Source: Heteronotia binoei
Lineage: Eukaryota
Direction of reading: 5' to 3'
Assembly (NCBI RefSeq): GCF_032191835.1
Contig: NC_083225.1
Location: 149,978,001-150,042,000, forward strand
Length of the DNA: 64,000 nt
The notes beneath the pieces are model-generated. The model had not been told where the DNA came from and searched no databases. It saw only the letters and a list, made by a program, of their open reading frames with translations. Position 1 is the stretch's first letter. The number at the start of each line of letters is the position of its first letter. The translations under genes were made by a program, and so were the position numbers. Below are positions 21,406 through 36,759 of this stretch, piece by piece.

Positions 21406-24400
21406 AGATCATGTTCTTATGCATGTTGTCTTGGGGAGGGAAGTATTGTGAGAACTCTGCAATGATACATGCAGTTTTTACACTGCCAAAAGATATTTTC
21501 TTCATCTGGTGACATGTGTGCATGAAAATGCTCACATGGGGAAGAAAAATCAGTGTGTGGAACATGAATCAACCTTTAGTTCCAAGAAAACTAGTGCTGA
21601 ACATTTTCATCTAAAAATAATTACGTAAGTTCATGAGAAGTGGAATGACTTATGAGCTACTAAACCAAGAGTACAATGTTTGACCTCAAAAAGATACTTT
21701 CCCACAGTTCTTTATTTACAAAGGAAAGCCGTCTTTCACTCAGCATTTATGCTGGAGGGCCATTGACTCATTTTTAGAGTGAAGTGTAGAGTTCACATGC
21801 TTACATTCTAATTTAATTCTTTCTCAGGCTATTTAAAAAAGGAGCTTTGCTAAATTTTGTAAAAACAAAAATCAAAGGATTGATTATCTACTCTAAGCTT
21901 GGCATATCAGTAATACCTAGTAGTATCAAGAAGGTGAGGTATGCCTTCCTTTCACCCTCGAAGTTTGCCTTTCTTTAGTCTTTCTCTGAGACATCAGCCA
22001 ACCACAACTGAAGATGCACTATTTAGTGTGCTGGTGCTGACAGGTTAACAAACTTTATGGGGGGGGGGGGTTAAGACCCTATGCTGTTCTCAGGTACAAA
22101 GTCTAACAAAATGTGAGCTCACACAGTCCTGGGTTTAGATCATTCCTATCCTTGTCTCATGTTTCAGGTTTTCAGTGCATGCAGATATAACCTATCACAG
22201 CAGTGATTACTGGATGATGGGGCAGTGAGGTGTCCTTGTGTATTGAAAATTCAGGACATAGCTTAGCATAGTGGGTTGTGATTTCAGAAGATCCTGGTTC
22301 AGATCTTGTCTCAGGGAGGCACTCTACAGCTGGACACAGGCAAGCCTTCCCCTTCCATCTGTACTTGTTCAGTTTATTTGAGTACATGATCTGCTGAAAA
22401 AGTATTAATACAAACAATAAAAACTACCATATACAATATCAAGATTTATGTGCCATTGTAATCCAGCATTCCAAATTCTCGCATACATTTCACAGTAGTA
22501 GGGTCAGTTATTTGAAGACTCAACCATCTGCTTTCATACTGCATATGCCATTATATGATATTTTGTTACAAGTAATTTCTTTAGAGGAATCTGAAAGGAA
22601 AAGAGAAGTGTAGAATTGCTCTGATCTTCCTGGGGAATTTATTAAAATCAGAGTAATATATTGGGAATGTATATAATTATTGTCGGGACTGTGGAATAAT
22701 ATGTGATTAACTGTCCCAACCTTTCCCGTTTGACAAGGGCAAACCTATAAGGAATGCAAAGATATCTGCCTTCCAGAAAAGCTGAGGGCAAGGCATTGAA
22801 ACGTGCCAAAGTGAAGGTTTTCAGGTACTTAGGAATCTCAAAGGCAGTGAGATAGTATGCAATATTGCAGTAGAGTACAGCTGTAAACAGGTCCTATGTA
22901 AGGGGGTGGGGAAAAGCCATACTCCTTTGACAGTTCTTTGACAGTAATTTTCCTTTGACAGTTCTTAGCCAGCTTGTCCATCTGCAATAAAGCTTCTTGT
23001 CCAGCCTTACAGGATTGTTACAAAGATTTGTAGCAACTGTTGTTAATAACTTCATCACACATCCAACCTCTACTGTCAATGCATGTTTTAGCTCACTATC
23101 ACAGTGAGGTGAATTGACTCTGCCTTGGTCACTGTATTTGAGGGGTGACTTCTCCCCTTAAAACAGGTCACCTGGTGTCTAGCATGTAGCATAGCTTGCT
23201 TGTTTGGTTATTTGTTTTGCTATGTCTATTTCTTGTCTATGCCACTTCCTCTGTAATAGACACAGGGTGATGATGACTTGGGAGTGAAGACTCAACACTT
23301 CCCTCGTGCACAAACTATTGGATGGATGAAACTTGATGATCAATTTCTCTGAAGAGCTCATGTTTTCCTGATTCAGAATGTGCAGATCACTAGTTCTTTG
23401 GAAGTCCAAGCCTATTAGTTACCATGATGCTGAAAAACATGCTTAAACATTGAACTTGTTGCCGTTTGAAAGGGTTTTGTCTGGTATGCTTAATGTCTGC
23501 ATAGATCTGGCATCAGAAGGTCCCTGACAGTCCTAGAACTGTAAGGCTTTGATTGTCCCCATACTGATATCGTCTGATGACAGTTCTTTAGCTTATAAGG
23601 GTTTCTGTTGAATAATAATTTTGCCATTGGACAGAATAATGGAATGGATCTAATTAAAAACAGACTTCATTATGGCTTGTGAATAGTCAAGGCACAACAA
23701 AAGATAGGTTTGCAGGAATGAAGTTTTATTTATACTTTGTTTAAAGAGCCATGGAAATAGCAGTCTTGAGGTAACCCAGCATCCTTGGTGGTTTCAGAAG
23801 GCTGTTTTTGTTCTCCCCTAAACTCATTTTACAGATGGTCCTTTAATTCACACCGATGCTATCGTTTTATTTCTGTTATTGGCTGCATATTCAAGTAATA
23901 AACAAATACTGGTTTATTTTCTCCCATTTGAACTACTACCATTTAGGTCTCCCACCACCATCAGTCCTTCAAATACAGTTACATTGTAGTTGCAAGCCTT
24001 ATAGTGTGATCCTTTGCATAGTTACTCCAGTCTAAACTCACTGAAATAAGTGGGTTTGACTTGTAGTTAACTGGGCATACATTGCATGATTGCAGTACAA
24101 TCCTAAACAGTCATACCCATCTATACACATAGAATGGTGTTACTCTCTTTAGGATTGCACTGTTAATGTCTTTTGGACTGTTTATAACATCAGCTTCCAG
24201 TCTTCTGGTATTATTAAGATAAGCTCTGACTGCCTCCACCCTTTATCTCTGTGCTCATCTCTTTAACCACCTGCTATTTCGCAAAGGCTTCTTTCCCATA
24301 CACTCCCTTTAATTCCTTTGCAGACTCCAGACAATGTTCAGGCTTTCACTTGTCTCTTCACTTTTACTTTCTTTTAAAAGAACTAGTCCTGCTTTTAGGT

Positions 24401-24884
24401 CAGCTTAATGCTCTGCCATGTGTTGCATTAACTTGCAGTTTACTTGCTCCACAGGTCAGTGATTATGAAGAACCAAGAACATTGCTGTGATACTTGAAAC
24501 GCATCTTCTTGGAGAGAAAGAAGGTATTTGAGGGTGTGGATTAAAACATGAAAGGATTTAATTGTTGGCCAGTATAGTGAGCCTGTCTACAACTCACTGC
24601 ATTCTGCTTCTGAAAGAGATGGTGACCAACTATGGCTAAGAACGTGAGCTAGGAAGTGACTGGGACAAATCTCAACAACTTCAAACACTCTGGGAGGCTT
24701 CAGGCAAGCCCTCATCTACAATGTAAAGATAATTCTCACACAACTAAAACAGGGCTTTTAAAGGGATTACTGAGATCAGATATGTGAAGTTTTTAAAAAA
24801 AACACCTTGAAGCAGTATGTAAATGTTAAGATGTGTCACTTTTTGTTGCATGTAATTGACATATTTCAATAGATTGTGTTTAAT

Positions 24885-25671
24885 CTATGTGCATGAACTG
24901 GTTCATGAGCCAAAATTTGGCATGAACTTGGCCCAATTCAGAGTCCCCAAACCCATGTTCAGGAAAGGTACCTTTCCCAAATATTTACTGGACTTTTGTC
25001 TGGTTTGGCTGTTTGGGTCATTTAAACCTAACAGCTGAGCAGTGCAAGTCCGCAGATCACCTATTAGGTTTAAATGGCTGTAAGCCATTTCAGCAGAGGA
25101 TTTTGCTTTCCCATGCTTGGAAGCGGTGGGAAGCTTAACAGATTGGTGAAGTGGCTGGAAATGGCTGAAACAGCCACCCCGCTGTTAGAGAGAAATGGTT
25201 TTTTTTTTTAGCAGGAATGCAGTTCCAGCTGGCTTTGTGTCAGGGGGTGTGGCTTAATATGAAAATGAGTTCCTGCTGGGCTTTTTTGTAGAAAAACAAT
25301 GTGCAAAACAATGGTGACATCAGGATGTGTGGCCTAATATGCAAATGAGTTCCAAAAAAGCCCTGCTGCCAGCCATTTAAAACTAACAGCGGGGCAGGTC
25401 TGCCTGTCAGCTGTTAGGTTTAAATGGCTGTGAGCCATTAAACCTGTCCATTTTGCTCCCCCCTGCTTTGAAGTGAGGGGAAGTTAAATGGACTGGTTAA
25501 ATAGCTGCCAGCCATTTAACCTCTCCCAGGCAATCCCCCTCTTTCTCCCAGCTGCAGCTCACCATGGCCAGGAGAAAGGGGGACCCAAGCTGGCTGGTTC
25601 AGTTTGGGATGTTTTTGGTTCAGTTCAGAGTTCCAAACCAAACCAGAATTTTAAGTTTGTGCTCATCCCTA
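24885..25671. mobile_element. Non-autonomous DNA transposon (ATGTGCATGAAC...GTTTGTGCTCATCCCTA) with a nested hAT MITE at about 25197-25365
   Basis: Terminal inverted motifs, internal repeated TTTAAATGGCTG/CAGCCATTT hairpin blocks, and the nested MITE ending AAAAAAGCCCTG. Confidence 0.65.
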
Positions 25672-26567
25672 CTGGTAATATTTTGAAAGTGTAGTTTTAG
25701 ATGTGAATAGTATGACAGAGCTTTATAGACACACATAAGAATTTACAAAATATAAGTTTTATGTATTTATTTTTAAAAGTTACACCTCACTTTACCTCTG
25801 CAAATTAAGAAGGCTGAAAGAATATCAAAAACTGCAAGGATGTAAATGTCTTAAGCAACCAGTTAAAACCAAATATAGAATTAAAATACGTAGTTAAAAT
25901 TCAACTCACCAAGTTTTTACAAAGCCATTTTGCCCTCTGGGAAAAAACCAGTCTTACAGACCTTCTTGAATGTGGTACATGAAGGTACCTGCTGCACCTG
26001 TTCTCATAGGCCATTCCAGAGGAATGAACTTACCACAGGAAAAGCTTGTTACATTACTGATGCCAAAATGCACAGACTATCTGAGGAGCATAATACAAGC
26101 CTGTTGCTTCTTCCTGTGTCATAGCTTAAGTAGCTTGACCAGTAGCTCTGCTGGGCTGTTAGCCCAGAAGGAATTATTGTTTATCCTGGCTGGCTTTTAC
26201 TACATGCATGTTCCAGATCTGAGGGACTAGGCAGTATTGACAGTAACATCCTTTGTGTGTTGTTTACGGCTGTTCTGTATTCATCAGTGCCATTGTTCTT
26301 ATTTTCAACGTTGATTGTTTTAGTGATCTCTTTGATTGTTTTTATTGGCCAGAATGGTAAAGTAAAAGATATGCTTTGGTTACTTGCATACTGAATTACA
26401 CACACATTGGAAGGGGAAAAGGGAAAGCAACAGGTGTTGTTTACCTGTTGGGAGGGTATGGCTGAAAGATAATTGGAAAGGCATAAGCCCTTATCAGACT
26501 TTGATTATTATTGTTCATTGCTTGACTCTTTCTCCCCTCTTCCCCTCCCATTGTCAACAGCAGTTGA

Positions 26568-26912
<345 letters not shown>

Positions 26913-28195
26913 TAAGTCACTCCTGTGTGTCGCATTAACCCGTTAGGTGCCATGTTGGTTTAACATGTTTAAGCTGCACATGCAAGCCAATGATCCTCAA
27001 CAGCAGTCCAGTTTTTCTTTGTACCCTGTGATTGTAATCAATTGGGTTACTGTGGGAGTATGGAATTGTCCCTAGAGATGCACAGCCATTATTTCTGTCA
27101 CATTTCCAGACCTCCCCACATTGACTTAAACTAGTTTGTAGAATCATTTGTTTCCTGTTTTATTCTTCAGCCACTGGAGCTAAATTCAACTGCAGATATT
27201 CTAGTACAAAAGAAGTTGGGGTGGGGGACTTTACACACCTCTTCTCTTCTTTTGACTGAAATGCAGAGAAATGTGGAAGTTTAAAATGCAAATATGGAAG
27301 GTGCAATTTATTCCTCCTGATGCAGTCAAATTTTAGTCAACTACAGCAAAAAAGATTTATTTTCTAAGCTCTGTTTTTGCATCTGGCTGATGGAGTCCAT
27401 GAGGGAAATGTTTTGTACCTCTGGTTCTGGAGGAGTTCTCATACTATGGAGCAAGTGCAGTGCAATCCTATGCAAAGTTACTTCGTTGGTTCAAATGTGA
27501 GATAGCCTAGGTTTGCACTGTTGGACTCCAGACAGCTTTCCATCTAAGTTGTACAAGCCATTTGCATTGACTTCTACTCCTGTATTTAAATTGACTTTTT
27601 AAAAAGCGGTGAAATTAGGGTGTCTTCTGCCTTTGCAGCTGGCTGATGGTGTCCATAATGTGTTTTCCGCCTCTAGTTACAGAGCAGTTTTCATATGCCA
27701 CAGAACAAAAACATCTTTATCCTGCCGTTCCACCAAGAAACTGAGGCTAGCATACTTTCTAATAAAGATTCTGCCTCACCATATCTGGTTATTTTTGAAT
27801 ATTGTGAGGAGGCACAATAAATATTCTTCATGGTGGGAAGAAAAAACAACCGCACAGTAGGTGGGGAGTAGATTTCCCCCACAAAGAGTTTTAAACTTCT
27901 CCTTTTCGCACTAAATATACTTTGCTTAATTTCAGCAAACTTCCTCTTGCAAATCTCTTTCTGACAGGTTCGATGAACACCAAGCATGGGTGTCAAGCAT
28001 TTTTATTTCATATTTGACATTGTTAAATGGACTAGTTTATATTTGAATTATTCAAACATATGTATTTTGCCCAGCTCTGCCCTATATCTTAACTATAGAT
28101 CAAGAGGGCTTGGACTATTGTCAAGCAGAAGGCAGAAAGCCACTTTCCAGGTAATCTGGTTATGAATAATGATAGTAAAACACATAAAACCCTAA

Positions 28196-28333
<138 letters not shown>

Positions 28334-28465
28334 TAGGATTTTTTTTTCCTTTAGTGGACAAAAAGTGGTGTTGGGAATGCAGCTTTATAAAGCCATTTAC
28401 AGAACTGTGCAATATTATTTTTGTACTTAGCATAGCTGAAAAGCTACAGTTCATGGGCTGTATGT

Positions 28466-28715
28466 GCCAGTTTGGTGTAGTGGTTAAGTGCGTGGACTTT
28501 GGGGGAAATGGGTTTGATTCCCCATTCCTCCATTTGCAGCTGCTGAAATGGCCTTGTGTTAGCCATAGCTCTTGAGAGCTGTCCTTGAAAGGTTAGCTTC
28601 TGTGAGAGCTCTCTTAGCCCCACCTACCTCACAGGGTGTCTGTTGTGTGTGGGGGGGAGGCAAAAGAATATTGTAAGCCACTCTGAGATTCAGAGTGAAG
28701 GGCGGGATATAAATC
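28466..28715 (+). mobile_element. Squam3-type tRNA SINE
   Basis: GCCAGTTTGGTGTAGTGGTTAAG...GGGTTTGATTCCCC...CCCCACCTACCTCACAGGGTGTCTGTTGT...GGGATATAAATC. Confidence 0.85.
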
Positions 28716-29025
28716 TTGTATGGCAAATAAGTTCTTGGAACTTCAGTTGAGTCTCCCACTGTTGTCATGGAGGCTGTGGCTCTTTCACACTGAGGCAGCA
28801 AGAGTTCCATAAAATATGGCATGGGAATACACTGTTCTCGGTATTTCCCTGCCCACCAGCTGTGGTCTTCAGCTTGCCCTCTTCTAGGTGTTCTCTCACT
28901 GCCTGGCATCATGCTTCATCTGAAATCACTCCCATTTTAAGAAACAGCTTCCCTGAGGGGCACTTTCAGTAGGTGATGTGTGGCTGTTTTATTCTTCATA
29001 GCTTTTAATACAGTTTAAATTGGAA

Positions 29026-29290
29026 ACAGAGTGGTAAAGCTGCAGTACTGCAGTCTAAGCTTTCTGTTCGATGCTGGTGGAAGCTGGGTTTTCAGGTAGC
29101 CAGCACGAGGTTGAATCAGCCTTCCGAGGTCGGTAAAATGAGTACCCAACTTGCTGGGGGGAAAGTGTAGATGACTGGGGAAGGCAATGGCAAACCACCC
29201 CGTAAAAAGTCTGCCGTGAAAATGTGATGCGACATCACCCCAGAGTCGGAAACAGCTGGTGCTTGCACAGGGGACTACTTTTACTTTTTT
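29026..29290 (+). mobile_element. Sauria SINE (Squam1)
   Basis: CAGAGTGGTAAAGCTGCAGTACTGCAG head, GGGGAAGGCAATGGCAAACCACCCC RTE-derived part, and GGGGACTACTTTTACTTT tail. Confidence 0.9.
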
Positions 29291-29371
29291 AAAAATTGGA
29301 GGTGTTTTATGATATTAAGAGTGAGTTGTGCTTTTATTGTTAAATTGGATGCTTTTAATTCTGTATTGTAA

Positions 29372-29629
<258 letters not shown>

Positions 29630-29689
29630 TGATCCCTTTGCTTTGTAATGAAATATAGGTGTCTTAATAATGGGGAGCCAAGAATCTGA

Positions 29690-29950
<261 letters not shown>

Positions 29951-30178
29951 TGGGATATTTTTAATTGCTGCTCAAACCTCTGACTTCCATGTTCAATTTC
30001 TCTCCCTCCCCCACTTCCTTTTAATTAGTCAGGTATCTGTTTTACAGAGTGCACGTTTCTTGCCAGTGGAAGTTAAATGGTCTGCAGGTGTTCAAGTTAA
30101 AAGACTTTTTGGAGGCCAAATAACCAGGAACAGCCTTTTTTTGCCGGGTGTCAAAAGATTTTAACAAATGTTTAACTC

Positions 30179-30182
30179 TTTT

Positions 30183-30266
<84 letters not shown>

Positions 30267-30270
30267 AAAA
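30179..30270. repeat. (TA)38 microsatellite within a perfect palindrome TTTTTAAA(TA)38TTTAAAAA in the CLDND1 3'UTR
   Basis: Read directly; TA run at 30187-30262. Confidence 0.95.
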
Positions 30271-30779
30271 ATTGGGTCTGACTTACCCCAAGCTACTGAT
30301 TTTTTTCCACAGCTAAAAAAATGCAGAGAACAGCATGAGAGAACAAGAAAGAAAATGTGATTATGTCAACTTTGACAGTATATAAGTACTGTAACGATTG
30401 GACGATGAATCAATGCAGCCCTTTTTTCACAGATCCAGCCACCATGGTATTTCCATATAGTTCATTGTTATATTTTCCCCTCTGCACCATATTCCTTATC
30501 AACGTTATGGCCCTGGTTTATTGCAGAAAGGCTGCTAACCAGCCATCAGCTTCCCAATTTCTGTGAACTGTCAGAATTGTTTTTCTATGTATTGAAGGAA
30601 CACCCACTATATTGTTTAATTTCTAATTTGATTACTCTGTGTATGTGTGTGTATATATATATATATATAAAAAAATCTGACTTTTAGAACCCTTATTTAT
30701 TTATGCAGTGCACTACATGATTGCATTTTTTTGTATAAGTATTACACCCTTGTCCCCTGGACTAAAACGTTTGTTAAAA

Positions 30780-30785
30780 AATAAA
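30780..30785 (+). terminator. CLDND1: Candidate CLDND1 polyadenylation signal AATAAA
   Basis: AATAAA about 830 nt after the stop, followed by a T-rich tract. Usage is not demonstrated. Confidence 0.5.
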
Positions 30786-33714
30786 CCTGAGCAAAGGCTT
30801 ATGACTTTTATTGGAGTTGCATGCGCTTGCATTAATGACACACAGAGCACAACTTCTTCTGAATCATTTCAAATGAGAAGCTTGATATCATCTTCTGTTC
30901 ATATTCTTTGTTCCTGATCTCTCCGAGCAGGGACCACTGTGGGAGAGGTCAGCTTGGCCTTAATACAATCTTTATTAGTGGTGACTAAGACAAAGAGGAT
31001 GCTTTTATTTTTAAGGAGATGCACTAACTTCTTAAGCAGATAGTACTAACTTGGAATTGTCCATGGTTGTAACCCCAGACCTACAAATAAATGGTTGGGA
31101 GGGAGATTCATTTGCCAAGTGCACAAAGCTCTGATTCAAATTGGAACTGCTGGAGAATGGGCTTCAGCCTCTCCCCCCCCACACACAAAAAAGGACTTTT
31201 CCCCAGTGTAAAATGGCCCCAGGAGGCACTGTTTGCTCATGTATCAATAGGCTATATATGCAATCCTTCAACAGGACAAAACACCCCCACCAGATTTGTT
31301 TCAGGTCAGGAAAACAGCACAGAGAAGATTGAAGCTGCTTCTTTCTGAATGCTGTGGTCCGGTCACATCTTTATGCACTTGAAAAATAACTTCTCAGCAG
31401 AGCGGCCTGGTACTGATTTATTCAAAGTCAGGTTGGGGAGCCCTGAGACAACACTTGGGAAATCATAATGTGTTGGAATTAGCCAGAAAGCACAGAATGA
31501 CCTGTTGGGGAAACCCCATCCAGTACTACAGATTCTGTGTAGATTACTCCTATATGGCAGGGAGAGGGGGGAGCAATTGTGCTGAATTTTTTTAAAAAAT
31601 ACCTTTCTTCATATGTAAAAGATGGGAAGGGGAAGGAGAGCTGGGGAAGTTGTGCATGAGACATGAATGATGGTAGGAGATGTTGTCCAAACGGTATCCC
31701 ATGATATATCCAAAGGTAGCTTTCAGGTGACATCTGACTCAGCTATGCAGCACTCACTTTGGGGGAATCACATTTTCTCCTGAATGTGGAGATGCAGTGG
31801 GATCCCTTGTAAGAAATGAGTAATACCTGTATGTTTATTGGGTAACAAAAGGGAGTGAGTAAAGGCTTGCAGAACTTGAGCAGAAGAATTTATGCAATTA
31901 CTCCCTGAGGCTCAAAACTGGGGTGTTCTCAGCAGCAATGTATCTGTTGGAGAAATATCATATCACTTCACTTTCATCACTTAACCACTTGAACTGCTTT
32001 ACAAAGTGACTCGAGTTTAACATAGCAGTGCTTTTTAGCAGTTCAAGAATGGACAGTTTGTAGGATTCCAAGCTCTGGGTTAGGAAATTCCTGATGGTTT
32101 GGATGGTGGAACCTGGGGATGCAGGGTTTGAGGAGGAGAGGGACCTCAGTGGGGTATAATGCAACAGAGTCCAAGCTTCAAAGCAGCTGTTTTCTCTCAG
32201 GGAAGTGATCTTGATCATCTGGAGATTTCCAGGAACTACCTGGTAGGTGGTAACCATAGCAGTTTGTCTCAGCAGAAAGACACAGCAGAAACATGGCATG
32301 AGCCAGGGTACTGCTGCATCTCATTTGCCTGTTTTCAGATTACTATGCTGCTGGGGTGAAAGCTGGTGGTCCTCCAACACTGACTAGATGTCAATGCAAG
32401 ATGAGTTTTCTTGACTTTTGTTCTGTGGCTGAAAACCAACAAATGGCATGCATTTTATCCTTTTACACGCATTGCTCATGCAGCAACTGTATAGAAAAGT
32501 CTCTGCTTGGTCAGCTTTATAAAGGAAGTTCCAATAACAATTCACCAAGAGAACAATTTCCCAAAAAGTTCCTAAAGATAACAGCTTTCATTTTCAGTCA
32601 AAGTTCATAGAGGTGACTATTTTCTTATAATGGGGTTTTCTGGATAAACTGCATGTTTTGATATCTTCATCAGATAGTCTTCCTCAGAACAAAGGAGACT
32701 GCTGCAAAATATTTATAAAGAATCATGCAATAACAACTTATAAGAATTTATACATAAATGAATGATATAGACATACATATCAGAAATACTTTTACACTCA
32801 CGGATGTATCCAAATGATAAACACAATAATATCAAGGCACCAATCCCAAACTTTTCAGAAGGGCAAAAGGTCTAAATCTTAGCGTTTTCTTGCAAGAGAA
32901 ATGTGACTCAAACAGAGAAGAATCCTATGATGAGAAAGATGATAAGGCAGGGTTAGCAAGACCAGAAATGAATAATACAGCGATACCTAGATAGAAGCAA
33001 AGAAAAAACCCCTTAAGCCTATGCAACTCAGTAGTATGCTTTGCTGACTGTTAGCTGATAAGGATGAAATTATAAAGTGGTTTTATTCTGTTGGTGCTGC
33101 TTTGGTTTGTGACCAGTGTGTTTGCATAGCACTATGAGAAAAGGTCTCTTCTGGCCCAACTTGGTTGTGCCTAGAAGTCTGTTTGAAACAGCATGATACA
33201 ATCATTCTCTACCCAGTAAATAGTCATGAGGCTCAGGATCCAACCTTTAATGCCAGTTTGAAACATGGGACTTCCACTTTCCCATGCATGTCAGTTTTCC
33301 ATTCCGCCTCCCACCTGCACACACTGTTTCTTTTCCCATTTTTCCTTTGTTACTTCTAACCCTTTGCTCCTCCCCGTAAACAAAACAGAACCCAAATGAA
33401 AAAAATGGTGAAGAGACTGGTGTGATCAGCCCTCAGCAGGGTGTTCCTTCATTACGCCCCCTCCAGTTGGAGATTTGGCATGAGTGACAAAAAGCTGGTA
33501 TGTGTCTTTTTGATCTCATTGCTTGTTGGTGGAAAGTGCTGCCCAATCACAGCCGCCCAGGCCCATGGCCACAGTGGGGCATCATGTGGCCATGCCCCCA
33601 ACTTTTCTTGCACATCTCATAAGGATAGCTAGTACAGATGCAGTGAGGTGCATCCATTGGAGACTGGCCCACCCCAACACCTCACTGAGCCTTCTTGGAG
33701 AACTGAAGAGGCAG

Positions 33715-33835
33715 TCAAGTGGCAGTGACTCATGAAAGCTCATACCCCACCCCAAATTTAGTCTTTAAGGTACTACTGGACTCTTACTCTTTTCTACTGC
33801 TACAAATAAAAATGGCTGCCCATCTTGGTCTATTT
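33715..33835 (+). mobile_element. Penelope-like terminal fragment
   Basis: CAGTGACTCATGAAAGCTCATACC...TAGTCTTTAAGGTACTACTGGACTC. Confidence 0.7.
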
Positions 33836-34864
33836 ATACCCTGCCTTTCTCTTGTGGGTCTCAAATCAAGAAAATCCATTAACAGCCCCCCTACAGGGGG
33901 CCTGCAGGTTATACCCCATTAAGTGTCCTATCAAGTACACAGCCTTATAGCCCCTCTTCAAAGCTTCTAAGAACAGTGCCCTTCTTACTTTAGCATGTAA
34001 AGACCACTCTGCACATCACCGAATTCCCACAGAAATGTCCTTCATGTAGGCATTCTGTCACACTGAAGCAGTCTTTTAAGAAGAGTAGTTTCCTTAAGCA
34101 ATGGCTTTGGATCCAACTAGCTTTTGGGCTATAGAAAAAATAAATACAAGGGTATATTTTGTCTACCAAAAAGACTACACTGGGCATTATGGGACCTCAA
34201 TGGACAAAAGGCAGGTGTGACGGGCTGGAGTAAAGAGGGGAATTTGGTGAGATGGAGAGAAAAAGCTGGCTGGATCCAACCCAAGTATCTTAATTATGAG
34301 GATGAAGAGGATCTCAAAGGTGTTCATCATTTTCTACTATGAGGGGCAGAGGAAGATTAGGTTCTTGTTTTTGAGAAGTCAACAGTATGGGTGGAGGTGA
34401 CTTTAAAACCAAGATGTTCCTATAATTGCAATACTGTGATCTGTGGTGCTGTCAACAGAAAAGGGTGTGTGTGTTTTGTGGCTGCTGTTTCAGTACTGGA
34501 AATGGTTTTCAAGCAACAGAAGTGGTGCATGCTTAATTGTATCAGTCCAACTATAGTTTGCCTATGGGCTGGACCTGCAGAGCTATTCCATAAAGAGCGG
34601 CACTTTCTTCCAGGGCAATGCTGATGCAAGAGGATCACTTGGTGCCTTTTTGCATCAGCAGAAGGCTCCTTATACCAAAGGGAAATGCTGCTGTTAGAGA
34701 AACAGTGCCATAGGAGCCACCTCCATGTCCCATGGAAAGCAATGGAACCAATGAGTCATGACTTACTTTAGCACCAACGGGAGCAATGGAACTTACACTG
34801 TAACCCAGCTACACAGTTCTAACTCCACTGAAGTCAGTGGGCTTAGAGTTTAACTTTACTTAGG

Positions 34865-35620
34865 ATTGCAGTTACATTCAGGTGGGTAGCCTTGTTGGTC
34901 TGAAGCTGCAGAACAAAGTTTGAGTCCAGTGGTACCTTTAAGACCAACAGTTTTATTCAAGGTATAAACTTTTGTGTGCATGCATACTTCTTCAGATACA
35001 AAGAAATGCAAGTTACCAGTCAACACAACATACCTATAGGTAGGGGGTGAGCAATAAATTAGAATACAACATAATGAAGATATTTAACAAAGAGGAATAA
35101 CAAGCCTAGTTTATATGGTTACCATTTGCTTGGGTTTAATTCCAAGGCAGAACATAGTGAAGGAAATAAATACTGACAAAATTGGAGACTGATGGGCAGC
35201 TGTATCCTTAATTGTGGAAAGCTGAGAGTATTAACTGAGGATCAGGGCTTTTTTTGAGCAGGAACGCAGCTCTGGCTGGCTTGGTGTCGGGGTGTGTGGC
35301 TATGCAAATTAGTTCCTGCTAGGCTTGTTCTACAAACAAAGCCCTGCTGAGGGTCATCATTGTGTCAGCTAGTTCATAACCCTCTCAGCTGTTTAAGATA
35401 TCTTGGCATCTGTTGACTTCAAATTCTGAGCCCTTATTCTCTCAGGAACAAGAAATCAGTTGTGATGCTTTTGCAAAGTTTTTTTGCTGACAAAAATCTC
35501 TTGAAAATGTTCAGAGCTGGATGATGTACCTTTGCTTAGAACATAGTCTGGTCCAGTAAATCAAACTTCACAGCAAGATGCAGAGAGCATAGTGATAGCC
35601 CCAGAGTTCATAGCAACTCT
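34865..35620 (-). mobile_element. Degenerate Penelope-like element (terminus with decayed hammerhead near 34965-34997; possible GIY-YIG remnant QQKNF), with a nested hAT MITE
   Basis: GAGTCCAGTGGTACCTTTAAGACCAAC terminus and ACTTCTTCAG. The extent of the body is uncertain. Confidence 0.5.
35243..35346. mobile_element. hAT MITE with 8-bp TSD (7/8)
   Basis: CAGGGCTTTTTT...AAAGCCCTG flanked by CTGAGGAT / CTGAGGGT. Confidence 0.88.
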
Positions 35621-36759
35621 GCAGTAACCTACCCATCAAAAAAGGGTATGCAGATAACATCCCCATGACAAGCAGACCCTCCATCCTAAGCCCTTCAGAG
35701 AAAGGATTTAGGGCTGTGCTGCAAGTATACTACAAGAAGCTATAGTGGAGCAGAGGAACCTAGTGTTTACCTTGACATTTTGCAAATGTTGTTATTGCTG
35801 ACAATATGAGTTGTGGTGAGGGAAAGGATAGTTTCTACTCTGCTTTTTTTTAATATATAGAAACCACCAGGGAAACCAAACTGTAGGGTTGTGACTTGTT
35901 GTGAACAGCACAGAAGAGATTAAAAGATAGCAGTCTCTAAGCAGAACACTTCCCGTTTTGTTTGACAGAAATGCTGCCCTGCTCAGAGGAAGGACAGGGT
36001 AACAGAATCATTAAAAGGTACAGGGAAAGCATTTCCTGGTTGCCCCTATAATTATATCTGTGAGTACATTTCAAAGGCCTTGCAACAGCAGGATCATGCC
36101 TGTGGTGATCCTGGAGATATTGCTATCCAATGTGTAATTCCCACCATGGCATGTTCTGTGGATTCCAAGAGACGTTAGAGGTGTGAAGATACAGAAACCA
36201 TCATAAAATAAAGTTCTTGTGCTTTGTTTGTTCCTTGAGGTCCTCAATAGAAATTCCTTTAAAAGTCATTGTAATATATTTCATTTGCAGCCACTTAAGC
36301 AAAAAAAAAAAAAATCCCCCATACTAAGCAATTACACTTTTTCAGTAGGGTAGAAAAATATCTTTCTGTTAACTTTGTAATACACAATAGTTGGTCCCCA
36401 GTTAGTTTGTATGATGGTATAATGGACCCCAACAAGATAAAATTTGGCCATAGTTGGTACTTGTTCCTAGCAATCTGACAAGTACTTGTATATTATATAA
36501 ACTTTTTATAGAAGCATTTGCAATTTTCTAAAAAATGGCATGAAAACTGGTGACCTTTTCCTCTTCAGGTTTCTAAAATCCTGTTGTCCTTCTTCCACTA
36601 GGTGGAAGTAGTGTCCAGTTAGTTGGCAAGGGGGTGGAATATTTCATTATGACTCCATAAGAACATTTCTGAGAGTTATCTCTCCCATCCTCTTCCCCCA
36701 AAGAAATCAGGGATCACTGCATGAATGATTGTCCGTCCCAACTATTCTAGCCACATACA

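Noticed and set aside
24454-24521. Possible 5'UTR cassette exon in CLDND1 intron 1
   Set aside because: The splice sites are plausible, but there is no homology or other support.
28466-28540. tRNA-like sequences at SINE heads (also about 37.66 and 40.65 kb)
   Set aside because: They have A/B boxes but no full cloverleaf and continue into SINE bodies, so they are not tRNA genes.
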